A DNA stretch of 64,000 nucleotides from an uncultured Pseudomonadales bacterium (GCA_964398525.1 CAYNMS010000003.1:547-64546); one strand, 5' to 3'. Counted from the stretch's first letter, positions 1 through 10,383 are shown. The notes: generated from the sequence alone by a model not told the origin. Translations and numbers: made by a program.

Positions 1-71
1 TTCAACTAATAATTTTTTATCATTCCCTTGCCTTCCTTCCTCCTTTATCATTCGCTATAATCGTTACCACT

Positions 72-1268
72 ATGAATCCTCAAGAACTTCTCACCCGCCG
101 AGTCGATAAAATTTTGCCTTCACCGGACGCCTTAAGATCGCTTCTAGAATCCGGCAAAAAGCTGCGCCTCTATCAAGGATTTGACCCCAGCAAACCGGAT
201 CTGCACATTGGCCACCTGGTCGGCCTGCTCCAACTGCGTGCTTTTCAGGACCTTGGTCACGAAGTCATCTTTTTAATTGGCGATTTTACTGGCCGTATCG
301 GTGATCCCACCGATAAATCAGCGACCAGACCTAAACTCACCAAAGAAGAGGTGAAACAGAATGCCCAAACCTACAAAGACCAAGCCGGCAAAATCCTCAG
401 ATTTGATGGAGAAAACGCCGCCCAAATGAAGTTTAATTCCCAATGGCTCGATCAACTTACCTTTGCCGATGTCATCGAGCTAGCTAGCCACTTTACCGTT
501 CAGCAAATGATCGAACGCGATATGTTCCAAGAGCGACTCAAAGCCAACACCCCTATCTTTCTTCATGAATTTCTCTATCCCTTAATGGTCACCTATGACG
601 CTCAAGTTATGGAAGTCGACCTGGAAGTTGGAGGTACTGATCAACTTTTCAACATGTCCGTTGGCCGCCATTACCTCAAAGATAAAGTTGGCAAGGATAA
701 ATTCGTCCTTACCACCAAGCTCCTTACCGACTCCCAAGGCAGAAAGATTGGCAAAACCACTGGCAACGCCATCAATCTCTTTGGCGACCCTCGAAATCTT
801 TACGGCCAAATCATGGCTCTCTCCGACGACGTCATTATTCCGGCTTTCACTCTGGCTACCACCCTCACCCTTGAGAAAATTACAAAAAAAGAAGCTCTGG
901 TTAAAACCAACCCTCTCCAGGCCAAAAAAGATTTGGCTTTCGCCGTTACCCAAATGTGCCATGGCGACACCGCCGCCCTCTCGGCCCAAACTCACTTCGA
1001 AGCCACCGTCCAGTCAGACGAGCTCCCACCGGATATCCCGTCAGTCCAAATTCATCCCCAAGAAGCCCTAAGTCTCCTGGAACTCTGTCGCCAAGCCGGA
1101 GTAGGGGAGAGTAGTGGTCAAATCAAGCGCACCATCATTCAGGGTGGTGTCGAACTGGACGGCACCAAAATCCTCGACCCCAACCAAGCCGTTTCCTTAA
1201 AGTCAGGCTCCGTTCTTAAGTTTGGCAAACGCGACTTTCGCCGTCTCCAGCTAAATCACCAGTCCTAA
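72..1268 (+). CDS. tyrS: tyrosyl-tRNA synthetase
   Basis: HIGH motif (PDLHIGHLVG), KMSKS-like KIGKTTG, C-terminal S4-like domain. Confidence 0.9.
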   Translation: MNPQELLTRRVDKILPSPDALRSLLESGKKLRLYQGFDPSKPDLHIGHLVGLLQLRAFQDLGHEVIFLIGDFTGRIGDPTDKSATRPKLTKEEVKQNAQTYKDQAGKILRFDGENAAQMKFNSQWLDQLTFADVIELASHFTVQQMIERDMFQERLKANTPIFLHEFLYPLMVTYDAQVMEVDLEVGGTDQLFNMSVGRHYLKDKVGKDKFVLTTKLLTDSQGRKIGKTTGNAINLFGDPRNLYGQIMALSDDVIIPAFTLATTLTLEKITKKEALVKTNPLQAKKDLAFAVTQMCHGDTAALSAQTHFEATVQSDELPPDIPSVQIHPQEALSLLELCRQAGVGESSGQIKRTIIQGGVELDGTKILDPNQAVSLKSGSVLKFGKRDFRRLQLNHQS

Positions 1269-1397
1269 ATCAATAATTAATTCATTCTTCTATGATGTTT
1301 TCCAAACGCCAAAAGAAAATCATGACCGTAGTTATCTTCTTGGCATCTTTGGCTATGCTTGTAAGCACCATTCTTCCGGCATTACTCTATATCTAAC

Positions 1398-3422
1398 ATG
1401 CCCCTTTCCCTAGAAAGTCCAATCTCCTCGCTCCCGCTTATTGGTCCCAAATACGCCTCCAAACTCCAAAAACTTGAGATTCACACTGTTGGGGATTTGC
1501 TTCATCACTACCCCGCCCGCTATCTCGACCGCTCCTCCGTTATCCCCATTGCTTCTCTAGATCAATTTCTCGACCAACCCGCTACCATTGTCGCCCAAAT
1601 TATTGACTTTAAAAACATTTTCACCAAAACCGGTAAAAATCTCCAAAAAGCCATTGTCGCCGACGATTCCGGTCAACTCGAAATCACCTGGTTTAACCAA
1701 AAGTTTCTAGCCCAATCTCTGGTTCCCGGTTTAACCTTCGCTTTTTCGGGCAAAGTCAAATTGTTCCGCTCTAATCTCTCTCTTCAAGCCCCGGAATTTG
1801 AACTCATCAAAACCAACTCCGACTCGGTCCATACCGGCCGGCTCGTACCGGTATATCCGGAAACTGCCGGCGTCTCCAGTAAATGGCTCCGCTCTCGCCT
1901 CAAACTTGCCCTTGAAAACATTATCATCAATGACTACCTTCCCCAAAACATCCGTGACTCTCACCAGCTTTTAGATTTACGCCCCGCCCTCGAGCAAATT
2001 CATTTTCCCGACTCGGTAGTCTCACTTGAAAAAGCCCAAAAGCGACTCGCCTTTGACGAACTTTTCCTCCTTCAACTAGAAGGTGCCATTAAAAGACAAT
2101 TCTGGCACACTCAGCACACCCAAAACCACCTTAACCTTACAAAAGACACTCAAGTCTTTATTAAATCTCTCCCTTTTCAACTCACCTCCGCCCAAATCAA
2201 ATCCTCAGATGAAATTCTCTCAGATCTCAAACTCAACCGGCCTATGAACCGGCTTCTAGAAGGCGACGTTGGCTCAGGCAAAACCGTAGTTGCCGCTATT
2301 GCCATGCATGCAGTTCATTACAATGGATTTCAATCAGTCCTCATGGCACCCACCGAAATTCTAGCAGGCCAACATTTTCAGGAACTCAGAAAGCTTCTCT
2401 CTCCTCACGGCATTTCCGTCGGGCTCTATACCGGTAGCACCAAAGCCAAAGCCCAACATGATGTTTTAGTCGGCACCCACGCCCTTTTATACAATCTCCA
2501 CACCAATAAAAATTTGGCATTAATTGTCATTGACGAACAACACCGCTTCGGTGTCCAACAACGGGCGACTTTAGAAAAGCTCGGCACCAACCCACATCGA
2601 CTTACCATGTCGGCCACCCCCATCCCCCGCACCGTTGCCCTAACCCTCTACGGTGATCTTGATGTCTCGATCATTGATCAAATGCCTTTAGCCAGATTAC
2701 CCGTCAAGACTTGGGTAATTCCTCATGCCAAACGTCAAAAAGCCTATGCTTGGATCGACCAACAAATTCAGGCTAACCATTCCCAAGCTTTTGTCGTCTG
2801 CCCTTTTGTCGACCCATCCGACGCCCCAGAGCTCACTCATGTTCGCTCCGCCACTCAGGAATTCTCCCACCTTTTGGACGTTTTTCCCCAATATAAGCTC
2901 GATATTCTCCACGGCCGGCTCTCATCCACCGACAAACAAGCCGCCCTTTCCAAATTCAAAGCCGGTCAAACCCACATTCTAGTCTCCACTCCGGTTATCG
3001 AGGTTGGTATCGATGTCCCCAATGCAACCATTATGCTTATCGAAGCCGCCGAACGCTTTGGTCTTGCCCAACTCCATCAGTTAAGAGGCCGAGTCGGCAG
3101 GGGAGACAAACAAAGCTATTGCCTCCTTTTTTCTTCCACCGACAACAAAACCGAAAATCGTCGCCTCCAAGCCCTTACTCGTTACAATTCCGGCTTTAAG
3201 CTGGCCGAAATCGACCTTAAACTCAGGGGTCCCGGTGAAGTCTTTGGTCTATCTCAACACGGTTTTAGTCAACTTAAACTGGCCAAACTTTCCGATAAAA
3301 CCCTTTTGGATCAAACCAGAGTAGCCGCCGCTGACTTAATCGCTACTGATCCAGGCCTCCGAGCCCATCCTCAACTCGCCGTTTTAGTTAATCAAGTCTC
3401 ACCGGAGGTTGCCGGCAATTAG
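1398..3422 (+). CDS. recG: ATP-dependent DNA helicase RecG
   Basis: Walker A DVGSGKT, DEQH box (IDEQHRFGV), helicase C motifs, 674 aa. Confidence 0.9.
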   Translation: MPLSLESPISSLPLIGPKYASKLQKLEIHTVGDLLHHYPARYLDRSSVIPIASLDQFLDQPATIVAQIIDFKNIFTKTGKNLQKAIVADDSGQLEITWFNQKFLAQSLVPGLTFAFSGKVKLFRSNLSLQAPEFELIKTNSDSVHTGRLVPVYPETAGVSSKWLRSRLKLALENIIINDYLPQNIRDSHQLLDLRPALEQIHFPDSVVSLEKAQKRLAFDELFLLQLEGAIKRQFWHTQHTQNHLNLTKDTQVFIKSLPFQLTSAQIKSSDEILSDLKLNRPMNRLLEGDVGSGKTVVAAIAMHAVHYNGFQSVLMAPTEILAGQHFQELRKLLSPHGISVGLYTGSTKAKAQHDVLVGTHALLYNLHTNKNLALIVIDEQHRFGVQQRATLEKLGTNPHRLTMSATPIPRTVALTLYGDLDVSIIDQMPLARLPVKTWVIPHAKRQKAYAWIDQQIQANHSQAFVVCPFVDPSDAPELTHVRSATQEFSHLLDVFPQYKLDILHGRLSSTDKQAALSKFKAGQTHILVSTPVIEVGIDVPNATIMLIEAAERFGLAQLHQLRGRVGRGDKQSYCLLFSSTDNKTENRRLQALTRYNSGFKLAEIDLKLRGPGEVFGLSQHGFSQLKLAKLSDKTLLDQTRVAAADLIATDPGLRAHPQLAVLVNQVSPEVAGN

Positions 3423-3523
3423 CTCACTTCAAGCAATAGTGGTAGAATATCCTACATATCTAAACGTTGCATTCTCTCTGGAGAGCCAGTAGAATACCCT
3501 TTGTTATTTTATTCTCAATCCTT

Positions 3524-3691
3524 ATGGGCGCATTACCTAAAAGAAGAATTTCCACTCATAGAAAAGGCAAACGTCGCTTAAACCACAAAGTCGACCTGGT
3601 TAATCTAACCGTTTGTAGTCAATGTGGCAGCAAACGCCGATCTCACCAAGTATGTCCTAAATGTGGGGCTTACCAATCCCAAACCTCCTAA
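3524..3691 (+). CDS. rpmF: 50S ribosomal protein L32
   Basis: MGALPKRRIS...CSQCGSKRRSHQVCPKCGAYQ zinc-ribbon L32 signature; start moved to internal ATG of the track ORF. Confidence 0.8.
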   Translation: MGALPKRRISTHRKGKRRLNHKVDLVNLTVCSQCGSKRRSHQVCPKCGAYQSQTS

Positions 3692-3700
3692 ACTTCCATC

Positions 3701-4069
3701 ATGAAAAAGGCCACTGACCCCCGCCACAAACACCGTCAACAAGTCGTCAAACAGCTTTTTTCCTTTAGCTTTAACAACCTCCCACAACCTGGGGATCAAA
3801 CCACCCAAATTGTCTCTAAAATCAATGACCTTGATGCCCACATCTCCCGTAATGCTCCCGAGTGGCCTATAGACCAAATCAACCGCATCGACTTGGCCAT
3901 TTTGCGTTTGGCAGTCTATGAACTCACCCACACCAACACCCCTCCCAAGGTTATTATCGACGAGGCTGTCGAACTAGGCAAAGAATATGGCAGTCAATCC
4001 TCAGCCAAATTTATCAATGGCGTTTTAGGTAACGTCCTCAAACAACTCCAAAATGACCCTTCCAATTAA
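3701..4069 (+). CDS. nusB: transcription antitermination factor NusB
   Basis: size, position between rpmF and rnc, NusB-like helical sequence (AR..A.Q.L pattern). Confidence 0.65.
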   Translation: MKKATDPRHKHRQQVVKQLFSFSFNNLPQPGDQTTQIVSKINDLDAHISRNAPEWPIDQINRIDLAILRLAVYELTHTNTPPKVIIDEAVELGKEYGSQSSAKFINGVLGNVLKQLQNDPSN

Positions 4070-4721
4070 AGACCAGAAACTTAAAACCCGCGCTTTCACT
4101 CACCGTTCTTATTTAAACGAATCTCCAGATGTAGATTCCTCCAACGAACGGCTTGAGTTTTTAGGCGATGCCGTATTAGAACTTATCGTCTCCAAGCACC
4201 TTTTTCACAAATTTCCTGACAAACCAGAAGGGGAACTTACTGCCCTCAGAGCCTCATTGGTCAAAACCACTACTCTAGCGCAAATTGCATCCAAGCTAGA
4301 TTTTGGTTCTCAACTTCTTATGAGCAAAGGCGAAGATGCCGGCGGGGGTCGTCAAAATCCTGGCCTTCTTGCCAACACTTTCGAGGCTGTCCTTGGGGCA
4401 ATTTACCTGGACTCAGATCTGGAAACGGCCACTGCATTTCTTCAAACTCATCTCTTTCCCCTCCTCGATACAATAATTAGAGACCAACTTTATCGAGACT
4501 TCAAAAGCCTTTTCCAAGAAACCGTCCAAGCTCAAGGCCATCCTACCCCCACCTATGAGGTTGTCGACCAATCAGGCCCGGATCACCAAAAAAGCTTTAC
4601 TGTCTCGGTTCTAGTCGCCGACAAGCCCATCGCCACCGGTTCAGGTATGAGCAAACAACAGGCACAACAGCAAGCTGCTCAAAACGCGCTCAAGAAACTT
4701 GAGGAAGGTAAACTCTTCTGA
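4053..4721 (+). CDS. rnc: ribonuclease III
   Basis: RNase III signature ERLEFLGDAVLE, C-terminal dsRBD. Confidence 0.9.
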   Translation: MTLPIKDQKLKTRAFTHRSYLNESPDVDSSNERLEFLGDAVLELIVSKHLFHKFPDKPEGELTALRASLVKTTTLAQIASKLDFGSQLLMSKGEDAGGGRQNPGLLANTFEAVLGAIYLDSDLETATAFLQTHLFPLLDTIIRDQLYRDFKSLFQETVQAQGHPTPTYEVVDQSGPDHQKSFTVSVLVADKPIATGSGMSKQQAQQQAAQNALKKLEEGKLF

Positions 4722-4749
4722 TAAAATTACCAATTCTGCAAAGGAATAT

Positions 4750-5046
4750 ATGCTAAAAATCAAACTTTCTCGCACCGGTCAAAAAAAACAGCCCCATTAT
4801 CGTATCATCGTGGCCTCGGATCGTTCCAAAAGGGACGGCAAATTTTTGGAAAATTTAGGCCACTACATCCCTTTCACTGATCCCGCCCAACTCCAGCTCA
4901 ATATTACCGCCTTCGATTCTTGGCTGGCCAAAGGTGCCCAACCCACTTCGGTTGTCAGAGCTCTTCGCTCCAAAACCGACTCCGACAAATTAGTCACCTT
5001 CAAAAAAACCCCAAAGACCAAGGCTAAAAAAGCCAAAGCCGCCTAG
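4750..5046 (+). CDS. rpsP: 30S ribosomal protein S16 with Lys-rich C-terminal tail
   Basis: MLKIKLSRTGQKKQPHYRIIVASDRSKRDGKFLENLGHYIP matches S16 N-terminus; start at internal ATG. Confidence 0.85.
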   Translation: MLKIKLSRTGQKKQPHYRIIVASDRSKRDGKFLENLGHYIPFTDPAQLQLNITAFDSWLAKGAQPTSVVRALRSKTDSDKLVTFKKTPKTKAKKAKAA

Positions 5047-5080
5047 TGTTTCATTAATCAACAATCACAACAAGGAAACC

Positions 5081-5509
5081 ATGAAACAGTTCCTCGAAAG
5101 TCTAGTCAAAAGTATCGTCGAAAACCCAGATGCTGTTAGTATCGCCGAATCTCAAGACGACCAAGACCGCCAACTTCTCACTATTACCGTCGATCCCCAA
5201 GATATGGGCCGTGTTATTGGTAAAAATGGAAAAGTTATTAATTCAATCCGCACTATCATGCGGGTGGTAGCCATTCGCCAAGGTGTCCGCATTAGAGTCG
5301 ACATTCACGAAGAAGGTTCAGACACCACCATGACTGATGACTCGCCCGACGTTGAAGAAGAAGCAGTAAAAGAGCCAGAAGTTGTCCCCACCATTGAACC
5401 AGAGCTTGAACCTGAAGCCCCGGTTGAGGTAGCTTCTCAAACTCTAGAATCAACCCAAACTCCTTCAGCCCAAGATCTTGTCCAACCCCCACAAGAAAAG
5501 ACTAAATAA
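5081..5509 (+). CDS. KH-domain RNA-binding protein (KhpA/YlqC-like) with acidic C-terminal extension
   Basis: GRVIGKNGKVINSIRTI KH motif; canonical position after rpsP. Confidence 0.7.
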   Translation: MKQFLESLVKSIVENPDAVSIAESQDDQDRQLLTITVDPQDMGRVIGKNGKVINSIRTIMRVVAIRQGVRIRVDIHEEGSDTTMTDDSPDVEEEAVKEPEVVPTIEPELEPEAPVEVASQTLESTQTPSAQDLVQPPQEKTK

Positions 5510-5512
5510 TTT

Positions 5513-5545
5513 TTAAGCCTCGTTTTATGCGGGGCTTTTTTTTGC
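5513..5545 (+). terminator. rho-independent terminator after the rpsP-KH operon (possibly bidirectional)
   Basis: GCCTCG-TTTTAT-GCGGGGC hairpin followed by TTTTTTTT. Confidence 0.55.
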
Positions 5546-5622
5546 TCAAAACTTCAATCAATAAAACCAATTTTCTAGCCTCGCTCAGTGGGATTCTCCT
5601 CCTAGCCTCGCCTAGCGAGATT

Positions 5623-6438
5623 TCACTCCACCACTTCGTCACCAACTTGCAATTGATTTTCTGGCAAATCCTGAGTTTCAAAAATTAGTAAGGGTAGGGG
5701 AGTAGGGGAGACAAAACCACTTTCACTCTTTTCATACTCTTGAAAAGACTTGAGTTTTTCCACCAATTCCTGATGATCATCTCGAGACAAGGTTTTTGCA
5801 TCAACTTTAGTCAGTTTGATTTCTGGCTCTTGCATCCAATAAGCCAGTAAGTCCATCTCTCCATTAAATTGAACCTGTTCAGCCGCTATTGCTTGACTAC
5901 TTATCCTCACTTCAGCCAAATCTACCAGCGGTACCATGCTACCCAAGCTAGATATAAATTGCTTCATCGCTTCAAATTCGCCTTTAACTTGCAAGGTTAT
6001 CGTCACCATTTCATATGGCAAACTTGTTGCTCGACTTGGTTTTGTCGATTCTCTCAGGCTGGCACTCGCCGTGGCCAAACTTCCAGGTGAAGACGATAAA
6101 TCAGTAATCGAAACTCCAGTTGTCGATGCCAACACGTTTAATGATTCAAGCATAGTAAATATTGGCTTTTCCCTGGGTATAGCCCTCTCCGCAATCTCTC
6201 TCTTATCCGACAATTCTCCCTCACCCAACTGTTCCAATAATGTCACGGCTTGTTCTACTTGTACCAATTCCTCCTTGGTTGTTTCGATCTCGCCTCTTAA
6301 TCTACCAATCGCCGACCAAGAATTTGCCGTCAAAAGTATCACTCCTGTAATCACCAGCACTCCTAATATTAAAAACAAATAATCTCGATACACTAACTGA
6401 ATTTTCCGTGTTACTGTCGAAACACTTTCATCAGCCAT
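5623..6438 (-). CDS. pilO: type IV pilus assembly protein PilO-like
   Basis: N-terminal TM, coiled coil, position after pilN. Confidence 0.55.
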   Translation of the reverse strand: MADESVSTVTRKIQLVYRDYLFLILGVLVITGVILLTANSWSAIGRLRGEIETTKEELVQVEQAVTLLEQLGEGELSDKREIAERAIPREKPIFTMLESLNVLASTTGVSITDLSSSPGSLATASASLRESTKPSRATSLPYEMVTITLQVKGEFEAMKQFISSLGSMVPLVDLAEVRISSQAIAAEQVQFNGEMDLLAYWMQEPEIKLTKVDAKTLSRDDHQELVEKLKSFQEYEKSESGFVSPTPLPLLIFETQDLPENQLQVGDEVVE

Positions 6439-7024
6439 CAGACCCTCCTGCCTCTTTCAACAAATCAATACTGTACCCAAACTGATAAGTTCCCTCCTCA
6501 GATCGAGTCAGACGTGTCAAATTTAATAATTCATGCTCTCCCTCTTGAGACATATCAATCATGCTTTGATTAAAATCTAAAAATTCGCCAATCGGCCGGA
6601 TTGATCCATCTATCTCCATCACATGGGCCTTGTCATCTCCGCCAAAAGAAACCCCACTTACCTCAGATCCGGATTTATACACTTTATCAAAAACATCGAT
6701 CTTCTCATCAAAAGTTTCTCTGCCTTTTAAAATCGTTTCAATCGCTGTCAATCTCTGATTCACTGCCACATTTTCCTCTGCCACTTGCTGCAAACTTTCC
6801 AGATATCCATTTCTTTCATCTAGTTCTTCTGTCAAAAGCCCCACTGATCTCACCAACCAAAATCTATACCCGACTATTACCAACGAAACCAGGCTAGCCA
6901 AACCTGCTACCATCAAAGTTTTTCTGGTATAAATTTTTGCCCGTTGTTTCCTTCTGGAAATTTCCTTCTGCTGTCTCTCCAACAGATTAATGTCCAATCG
7001 ATTGTTTGAACTTGTATCCATCAC
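6431..7024 (-). CDS. pilN: type IV pilus assembly protein PilN-like
   Basis: N-terminal INLLERQ motif, single TM, coiled coil, overlaps pilM stop. Confidence 0.6.
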   Translation of the reverse strand: MMDTSSNNRLDINLLERQQKEISRRKQRAKIYTRKTLMVAGLASLVSLVIVGYRFWLVRSVGLLTEELDERNGYLESLQQVAEENVAVNQRLTAIETILKGRETFDEKIDVFDKVYKSGSEVSGVSFGGDDKAHVMEIDGSIRPIGEFLDFNQSMIDMSQEGEHELLNLTRLTRSEEGTYQFGYSIDLLKEAGGSDG

Positions 7025-8052
7025 ATCTCCTTAATTGCCAAACCGCTAGCTACAGAAAACGATGCTCTCTCACTTGGCAATTGAATTTTTTCGTCTGCCC
7101 CCTTTTCCCTAAACGGATCTCCAATCACTACTTCTACGGTCAGGTTTTGCGCAATATGACTTGTGATTCCCGGCAAGTTTGCTCCTCCTCCGGCCAATAT
7201 CACTCTGGTTACCCGGTTAATTGCCGGATCTTTAGAAGTAAAAAATTGTGTCGTTCTTCTAATCTCAGAAATCAAACTTTCAAACACTGGTGCCAGTACG
7301 TTTCTCACTCTTCCCTCCAACTGTTGTGCGTCCAGGCCATATGTACGTTTGTACTCCTCAGCTTGAGAAGGGGCTAAATTCAAACCTCTCTCCAAAGCTC
7401 TAGTCAGCGCTAAACTGCCAATAGGCGCGCTGTGGGCTACCGACAACCTGCCCAACGTATCAACTATGGCAAAGCTCGTGGACAACGCCCCCAAGTTACA
7501 TATCAGCGTTCCGCCCGCTTCCCCCTTATAACCTTGCAAATATACTCTCACCAAACTCAAAACTTCCGGCTCCAACCCAACCGCTTCTATCCCTACCATC
7601 TCCAACAAATCCAAATATCTATTCACGGTCTTCTTAAGTGACCCCACCAACAATACTAACATGTCATCCCCGGTCGAACCTTTTTCTGGCCGCCAAATTA
7701 CATCATATTCAAAATTAACCTCACTCATACTCACCGGAATATGCTGATCTGCTTCCCACTTAATCGCACTAGCCAGTTCCGCGTCCGACAACACCGGCAT
7801 ATTAATAATACTTACATATGCTTGCGGTCCCGGCAGCGACAAGTGGCAGTTTTGACCGACCAACCCCTGCTCTTTAATTCCGTTTTTTATAGCGGCAGCC
7901 AATTGTTCAAACTGGCCTTTGTCCTCTGGCAAAATTTGTCCCACCGGATTATATACACTTCCCACTCTCCTTAGCTTGGCATGTTGCCCATGCCCTTCGG
8001 CAGCGACATACTTAATTGCATATGAACCAATATCTAAACCAAAAAAAGCCAT
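7021..8052 (-). CDS. pilM: type IV pilus assembly protein PilM (actin-like ATPase fold)
   Basis: MAFFGLDIGSYAIKYV N-terminus, 343 aa. Confidence 0.8.
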   Translation of the reverse strand: MAFFGLDIGSYAIKYVAAEGHGQHAKLRRVGSVYNPVGQILPEDKGQFEQLAAAIKNGIKEQGLVGQNCHLSLPGPQAYVSIINMPVLSDAELASAIKWEADQHIPVSMSEVNFEYDVIWRPEKGSTGDDMLVLLVGSLKKTVNRYLDLLEMVGIEAVGLEPEVLSLVRVYLQGYKGEAGGTLICNLGALSTSFAIVDTLGRLSVAHSAPIGSLALTRALERGLNLAPSQAEEYKRTYGLDAQQLEGRVRNVLAPVFESLISEIRRTTQFFTSKDPAINRVTRVILAGGGANLPGITSHIAQNLTVEVVIGDPFREKGADEKIQLPSERASFSVASGLAIKEM

Positions 8053-8067
8053 GGGCAGTTATTCAAC

Positions 8068-8808
8068 TTACTTCGTAATGGTAGTTCCGGAAAATAGGGC
8101 ATAATCCAAAATGCTAGGTGCCGCTGGTAGACTCTTTCTCACTTCCACGACTTTAGTTTCACCCGATTCTGTTCTAGATGCTGTTGAGGTAATTTTGAAA
8201 TATTGCTGAGGCAAACTCCATCCAGCCCCCGACACTTGAACTGTCACATCCCCACCAACAGCCCTAATTCTGACTAGATTATCTCCATTGGACAAAGGCA
8301 CGCTTACTCCTCCTGCTGAGCTAATGAAATTTTGTATCCCGCCACAACTGCTGTGAGTGTACCCAATCCGTCGCACGGTATTTGTGCTTTGGTTATAAAG
8401 CATCACCACTATGCCGCTACAACTTGTTTCCTCAGCCCAATTAATATTTATTGAATTAGTTCCTCCACCTGTTGTATCCAAGCTCACCGTCTCACCCTCT
8501 AATATTCTCATGTCAAAATTCGCCTCTGCCGAAATCACGTAGTTTACTTCTATTCCTTGATCAACAAATTCGCTACTCAAATCTCCGGTTGGACTAAAAC
8601 TTCCATCAGCCACGTCACTCAAAGCCATTTCAATGCCAGCCTCTGCCGCGTTAAACACAGCACTAGACTCTGCCTCTTGTCGTGTTATTCTCAAGTCGCT
8701 AGTCGAGCGATTCACCGCGCTCACACCCACTGTCAGTAAGCCCGACATAATCAGTAGTACTACCATTCCGATTTGACCCGTTTCTTTTCTCTGGTTCATC
8801 TGCCTCAT
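8068..8808 (-). CDS. putative pilus-associated protein (PilX-like N-terminal TM, beta-rich C-terminus)
   Basis: N-terminal hydrophobic helix without canonical G/FTLIE cleavage motif; embedded between pilins and pilM. Confidence 0.35.
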   Translation of the reverse strand: MRQMNQRKETGQIGMVVLLIMSGLLTVGVSAVNRSTSDLRITRQEAESSAVFNAAEAGIEMALSDVADGSFSPTGDLSSEFVDQGIEVNYVISAEANFDMRILEGETVSLDTTGGGTNSININWAEETSCSGIVVMLYNQSTNTVRRIGYTHSSCGGIQNFISSAGGVSVPLSNGDNLVRIRAVGGDVTVQVSGAGWSLPQQYFKITSTASRTESGETKVVEVRKSLPAAPSILDYALFSGTTITK

Positions 8809-8891
8809 ATGCTAATTTAGTCCATTCTATAGTAAACTTCCATTTCGCTTCAACTGGTATTAATCAAAAACCCTTTCTAACTCATAGTTGT

Positions 8892-9383
8892 TTACCTATT
8901 CCTCAAGGTTACGCTGGCCGTAAAATCTTGTCGCCATCGCTCCTCCGGCCTGTCATCACTGCCTCCCTTCGCTATTCCAAAGTTCACCGTCACAAAAGTC
9001 ACCCCAGTTGCCGGGTCTTGATAACAATCCACTACAAACTGATCCACGTTCACATCTTGGGCTGTCAAATATTCACCCGCGGCTCCAAACACAATTCTTT
9101 TGTTTGCATCTCCTTCAAGTCCCAAACTACCTGTATCCCCGTCTAGTGTTTCATAATCCAAAGTTTCCATTCCTGCTTGGCAAGTATTGACCACTTTCAC
9201 CCCTCTTAATGTATCCTCAATCTGGTTAGCCGCAAATTCACCGTTTTGTTTAATTTCTCTCAATACCGTTTCCTTTCCCGTTCCAATTAGACTTGAAAAA
9301 AACAAGTTCACACTCGTAACTGCCAGTATGGCAAACACACCCACCGCCATCATCAGCTCCACCATCGTGTAACCTCGTGTCAC
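8892..9383 (-). CDS. prepilin-type N-terminal cleavage/methylation domain protein (minor pilin)
   Basis: class III signal G|YTMVELMMAVGVFAILA. Confidence 0.7.
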   Translation of the reverse strand: MTRGYTMVELMMAVGVFAILAVTSVNLFFSSLIGTGKETVLREIKQNGEFAANQIEDTLRGVKVVNTCQAGMETLDYETLDGDTGSLGLEGDANKRIVFGAAGEYLTAQDVNVDQFVVDCYQDPATGVTFVTVNFGIAKGGSDDRPEERWRQDFTASVTLRNR

Positions 9384-9387
9384 TTTG

Positions 9388-9882
9388 CTACCTCCATTTT
9401 CTCAAACTCGTCTTAAGCCTTGTCTCGGTTTCATCCCCTTGGCCTGCATCCCACCTAACCACTGATTCCACTTGTATCTGGTCTCCTCCGCTAGGCGACA
9501 ATTCCAAATATCGCCTAAATTCACTGTTTTCTCCCAAGCCCAAACCACAGCCACCCCCGTCACCCACACTCGAAATTCCCTCAAACTCTTCCAGCTGGCT
9601 GGGCAGACTATTCACACAATAAACCGCTTTTCCCCCAGAGCTATCATTGTCAATCGCCCCATAAAAAGCGTTCCAGCCCAACAAGTCCCTTCGGCTCCTC
9701 AGCCATTCAATCGACTCTTGGGTGTATCTCACCGACAAGGCTTTTTCTTTGGAAAATCTCGTGTTTCTCACTGCTACAGCCACTCCAGCCACCACTGCTA
9801 CCAGTACCAACATTACCACACTGGTAGCCACCACCAGCTCAATCATTGTAAAACCTTTACTAGTCCTGGACGCCCAATGCAC
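9388..9882 (-). CDS. prepilin-type pilin/pseudopilin
   Basis: KG|FTMIELVVATSVVML. Confidence 0.7.
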   Translation of the reverse strand: MHWASRTSKGFTMIELVVATSVVMLVLVAVVAGVAVAVRNTRFSKEKALSVRYTQESIEWLRSRRDLLGWNAFYGAIDNDSSGGKAVYCVNSLPSQLEEFEGISSVGDGGGCGLGLGENSEFRRYLELSPSGGDQIQVESVVRWDAGQGDETETRLKTSLRKWR

Positions 9883-10381
9883 TGACCCCTCCTGCTGGAC
9901 TAACTATTATTTCGTAATTACTACTATCTTTCTCTATTGTAATCCTTTGCTCGGCTCCACTCATCCTGCCTGTCAACACTTCAAAAAACACATCAAACTC
10001 ATCATCAGTCTCAAAATTGGTGCCCTGGGGTAGGTTATGAGACTCTACATTATATTCACTCCCACCACACTCTCCTGACACCTGATAAGTCTTGTCACTA
10101 GTCGTTTTAATTCTCCAGCCATCCAGAGTCTCTCCCGCATCCACACATCCTTGTGGTTTTTCCCCACTTTGGGCACGCTTCTGCACTTCCCTCAGTTTCA
10201 CCACCACTCCTTGCCCAGCACTAACAATTACTTGTCTATCAGCAAAAATCCTGTATGCACTTACCCCTCCGCCTACCAGCACACTACTAATGGCCACAGT
10301 AATCATAATTTCCAACAAAGTGAATCCAGCCGTCTTAACCAATTTACCTCGGCTTTGGTGGGGCAGGGGAGTGAGGTTCAT
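9860..10381 (-). CDS. prepilin-type pilin/pseudopilin
   Basis: AG|FTLLEIMITVAISSVL. Confidence 0.7.
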   Translation of the reverse strand: MNLTPLPHQSRGKLVKTAGFTLLEIMITVAISSVLVGGGVSAYRIFADRQVIVSAGQGVVVKLREVQKRAQSGEKPQGCVDAGETLDGWRIKTTSDKTYQVSGECGGSEYNVESHNLPQGTNFETDDEFDVFFEVLTGRMSGAEQRITIEKDSSNYEIIVSPAGGVSALGVQD

Positions 10382-10383
10382 AT

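Noticed and set aside
582-1071. Antisense and alternate-frame ORFs inside tyrS, and similar ones inside recG, gyrA, pilB etc. (e.g. 1731-1964, 20407-20679, 22627-22968)
   Set aside because: They are embedded in strongly supported genes, have low-complexity or biased composition, and have no start context. These are typical shadow ORFs.
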